From Antechinus flavipes (lineage: Eukaryota), in the NCBI RefSeq assembly GCF_016432865.1, contig NC_067398.1:83452001-83516000 (forward strand): a stretch of 64,000 bases of DNA, given 5' to 3'. The notes below the pieces were generated by a model. It was given only the letters and a program-made list of their open reading frames with translations, made no database searches and was not told the DNA's origin. Positions 60,940 to 64,000 of the stretch are shown in pieces. The position numbers and the translations under genes were made by a program. The number at the start of each line of letters is the position of its first letter. Within the stretch, counting starts at the first letter, position 1.

Positions 60940-62100
60940 TCCTCCAGTCTTTGGTCTGTCTCTCATAGCTTTAGTTCCTGTCTATCCAGATGATACCCAA
61001 ATCAGTCTAAGCCGCTCTTTCCTGAATTCGGAGCCCCTCTCCCATCCCCTTCTGCCAGCTGAATATAGGCACATGGATGTTCCATTACACATCTCAAACT
61101 CAACAAACTCCTAAAAGAAAGAGATTAAAACCCTTCCTCCCAAACCCACCTCTCCTCCTAACTCCCTTTTATCAGTTGAGACCACTAACCATCTTTCCAA
61201 TTGTCCAAGTTTGTCTCAAACCCGTCTCCTTTGAACCTATCCTCTGGTCCATGTCAGTATCCAGTCAACTCCCAAGGCCTCTTTAATCCCACCTGCCCAG
61301 CATCTCTTTCATTAGCACCAGCCAAGGTCAGAGCCCTATCACCTCTTGCCCAGGCGATTGTGATTTCTAACCTCCTAATTGATTTCTCTCTTTCCAGTCT
61401 CCTCCCCTCTCCAATTCATTCTCCACACAGCTGCCTCATGTCAGCACAGGGCTGATCATGTCACTCCCTTGCCTGATTGCCCATAGAATAAAATGCAAAT
61501 AGGCCCGATGTAAAGGCCTTTATGGTCTGGCTCCCACTTAACTTTCCAGACACTTCATTTTACTCTTCTTCACACTGCAGCCAAATTGGCGGACTTGCTT
61601 CTTCCCTTCCCGACTCAGTATCTCATCTTCCGCCTCCCAACCTCTCTATAAACTGAACCCTCTGTCTAGAACAATGATGTCAAACTCAATATAAGGGGGG
61701 GGGGTTACTATTCTGTACACAAGGATCCTTGCAGGCTGCAAATTGATTTAATTTTATTATCTGTTTTATTGTATTTTTATTTATTTGGTTAAATATTTCC
61801 CAGTTGCACTTTAATCTTGTTCAGCCCACTTTGGAAATGTTGTGGCTTTTTTGACACCTCTATTTAAAAACATACTTCCCTCCTTCCCTTTGGATCTTAC
61901 AATGCCTCACTTACTTCAAAGCTCAACTCCTATGACATTTGAACCTACCCTGATCAATCCCTTCCTTTTCCGTAGTGCCCTCCCACTCCTAAAATCATCT
62001 CATATTTATCAGATTACATGTTGTCAACCACACTCCTTGAGTGTAAGCTCCTTGAGGGCAGGGACTGTTTCTTTGTTTTTAACATTTGCTCTCCCCTGTG
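60940..62100 (+). mobile_element. Fragmented L2 LINE 3' region
   Basis: cacatggatgttccattacacatctcaaactcaac, ctaatt..tttctct..cagtctcctcccctctccaattcattctccacacag, and gtaagctccttgagggcagggactgt. Confidence 0.6.
61672..61861. mobile_element. hAT-like MITE inserted in the L2
   Basis: tctagaa flank and TIR-like caatgatgtcaaact...tttgacacctct. Confidence 0.45.
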
Positions 62101-64000
62101 GGTGTTTGATGTGCTTTTGTTAAATTGCTTGAATTACCGAATTAGGGTAGCCATAAGGGTTGGGGAGATCAGCCTAGCCTCCCCCCTCCCAGGTGGGGAG
62201 GGGAAGACCCTTGCAGTGATGGTACCCTGTGCTTCTCTCTACGCTCAGCTGTCCTGCAGCTGCTGGCTCCTCCCAGTCCCAGGCAAACAGAATTCTTTGG
62301 CTGTTTCCAATTTTCCAGCATAGGCTGCCAAGATCAGCAAGTGCTTGTCCACCCACCCCTCCTCACTCAGGTTCCTGGCCCGTGCCTTAGGTCCCATGGG
62401 CAGCAGCACCAGCTGTGGGCCAGGCCCCAGGGAATAGGATCTGAGTAGGATCCAGAAGCTTGACTCTGGTTACTCTATCTCCCTACCTGCCCCCACTCTG
62501 GAGATCTCGAGCTGGACTTCTAGGGAGACAGGGTGCTTCCCTAAGGCCCTGGGCCCCCTGACTTTCCTAGGCTCCCCAAGCTAGCCTGGACCTGAGCGAT
62601 CTGAATTGATGGGAAGGGTTTTTGTTAGGGAGTAAGTGACCCTGGGGAAGTACCTCCTCCCCCTCCCATATAAAGTGAGGGAACTGGGCTAGATGGTCTG
62701 TCTCTAGGATTCTCCGTGGCTTTGAGACTGATCCTGTAATCTTGTGAGATGAAACCTCTTTGGGCAATGTCTCCACCCTCCCTCTCCCCCGCCCCCTGCC
62801 CCAGTCACCAAGGCCAGACCAGGCCAGATTTCTATAGCTGGAATAGATGGGTATTGGGGGCAAGATGGAGAAAGGAGATGGAGGAGAGACTTTCTGGCTC
62901 CAAACCTGAGAGGGTCGCCTGCCTGCATTTGGCAGGGTATCCATTTATACACTGAGATTAGGGCCTGGCTCTTACCACCCCTCCAGTTCTCAGAGATTCA
63001 CATTCATGCACTCAAAGAGACATGCAAACATACACATATGCGGACAGACACACATCTCTCCTATCCCATTATGCTGGAGCTCCTCATGAGGACAGAAAGA
63101 ACATTATTTCTCCACCTTTTGGCTAAGATCAAGTGAATATACTACATTAAGTATTGCCTGAGATAGGCAGTTCAAGTATTATACCCATTTTACTGATGAA
63201 GAAACTGAGGTTTAAAAGAGATTACCAGCATAACAATTGGTCAAATGAATGAATGCCCACAGGGCTCATTATTTATCAAATTCTAAAATTCTGGGGATGT
63301 GAAGAAAAGGCCTGTTTTCAAGGAACCAATAATGGAGTTGAGTATTTTAAGACTTTCACATTACAGAGTATCCCATTCGATGCTGATGATGACTCTGAGA
63401 GATGGGTGACATCCTTATTATTACCCATTTTAATTAAATAATTTACGCAGGGTCATTCAGTCCTGAGTCAGATTGAACCTGAGTCCAGAGTCTACCATTT
63501 TCTCTGCTGTTCTACTGAGAATACTTACAACCGCCGACTACTGCTCCTCCACCCGCTAGTAGAGCGGAGATGGTTAGAAGCTGCTGTCTGTCATTCCCCA
63601 GCCTTTCCTAAGAATGGGCGTGGTGGGCCCCTGGGGTCCTCTACTTCTTCCCCCACCCTTTTCAGAGTCAGCCCTGGCCAGGGTCCTTGAACTCCCTACC
63701 GTATCTCCAGCCCCTTCGGGGACCGAGATGATAAAACCATCCTCCCCTTCTCATTTCTTCCTAAACTGCCGAATGGATACAATGTATCTCTTGGATTGTT
63801 TCTTCTGGGACTGCTAGTCACAGCCATTGCCAAGGCCACTCCTGAAAGGGGTCCCCGGCCAGGAGGACTGGGTGGGAGACTGAGGGACTGGGAAGAAGCA
63901 GGGGGAGTCCGGAAAGGACTTTGGCTCCTTCTTTCAACGTTCTCTAGGTATCTCTCACCAGCAGGAGAGCCCGTGGAGAATAACACCGGAGTATGGAAAA

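Noticed and set aside
62100-64000. 3' end of GNAI2, expected from synteny
   Set aside because: No recognisable exon or minus-strand polyA signal is present; it probably lies beyond the window.

Overview
This is vertebrate genomic DNA, almost certainly marsupial (MAR1/WSINE-type CORE-SINEs, marsupial-type L1 3' ends; probably an Australian dasyurid, by inference). It is syntenic with human 3p21.3. I reconstructed six spliced or nested protein-coding genes exon by exon with consistent splice phases: HYAL1 (+), NAA80 (+, inside HYAL3 intron 1), HYAL3 (+), IFRD2 (+), LSMEM2 (-) and SEMA3B (-). The window also holds three promoter-type CpG islands, a 248-N assembly gap, a 1.3-kb G-rich VNTR, microsatellites and many SINE/LINE/hAT remnants. 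The least explained part is the 6-kb IFRD2 intron 1. It contains a candidate antisense, two-exon, signal-peptide-encoding gene (about 194 aa) that I cannot assign to a family, bracketed by two copies of a hAT MITE. An alternative splice reading of that gene runs through five in-frame TGA codons with a weak resemblance to the selenoprotein P tail. Other points are a strong-context uORF in IFRD2, matching (GT)20 tracts before both hyaluronidase first coding acceptors, and paralog-like motifs in IFRD2 and SEMA3B that the human orthologues lack. All comparisons with human proteins are from memory, not database searches.
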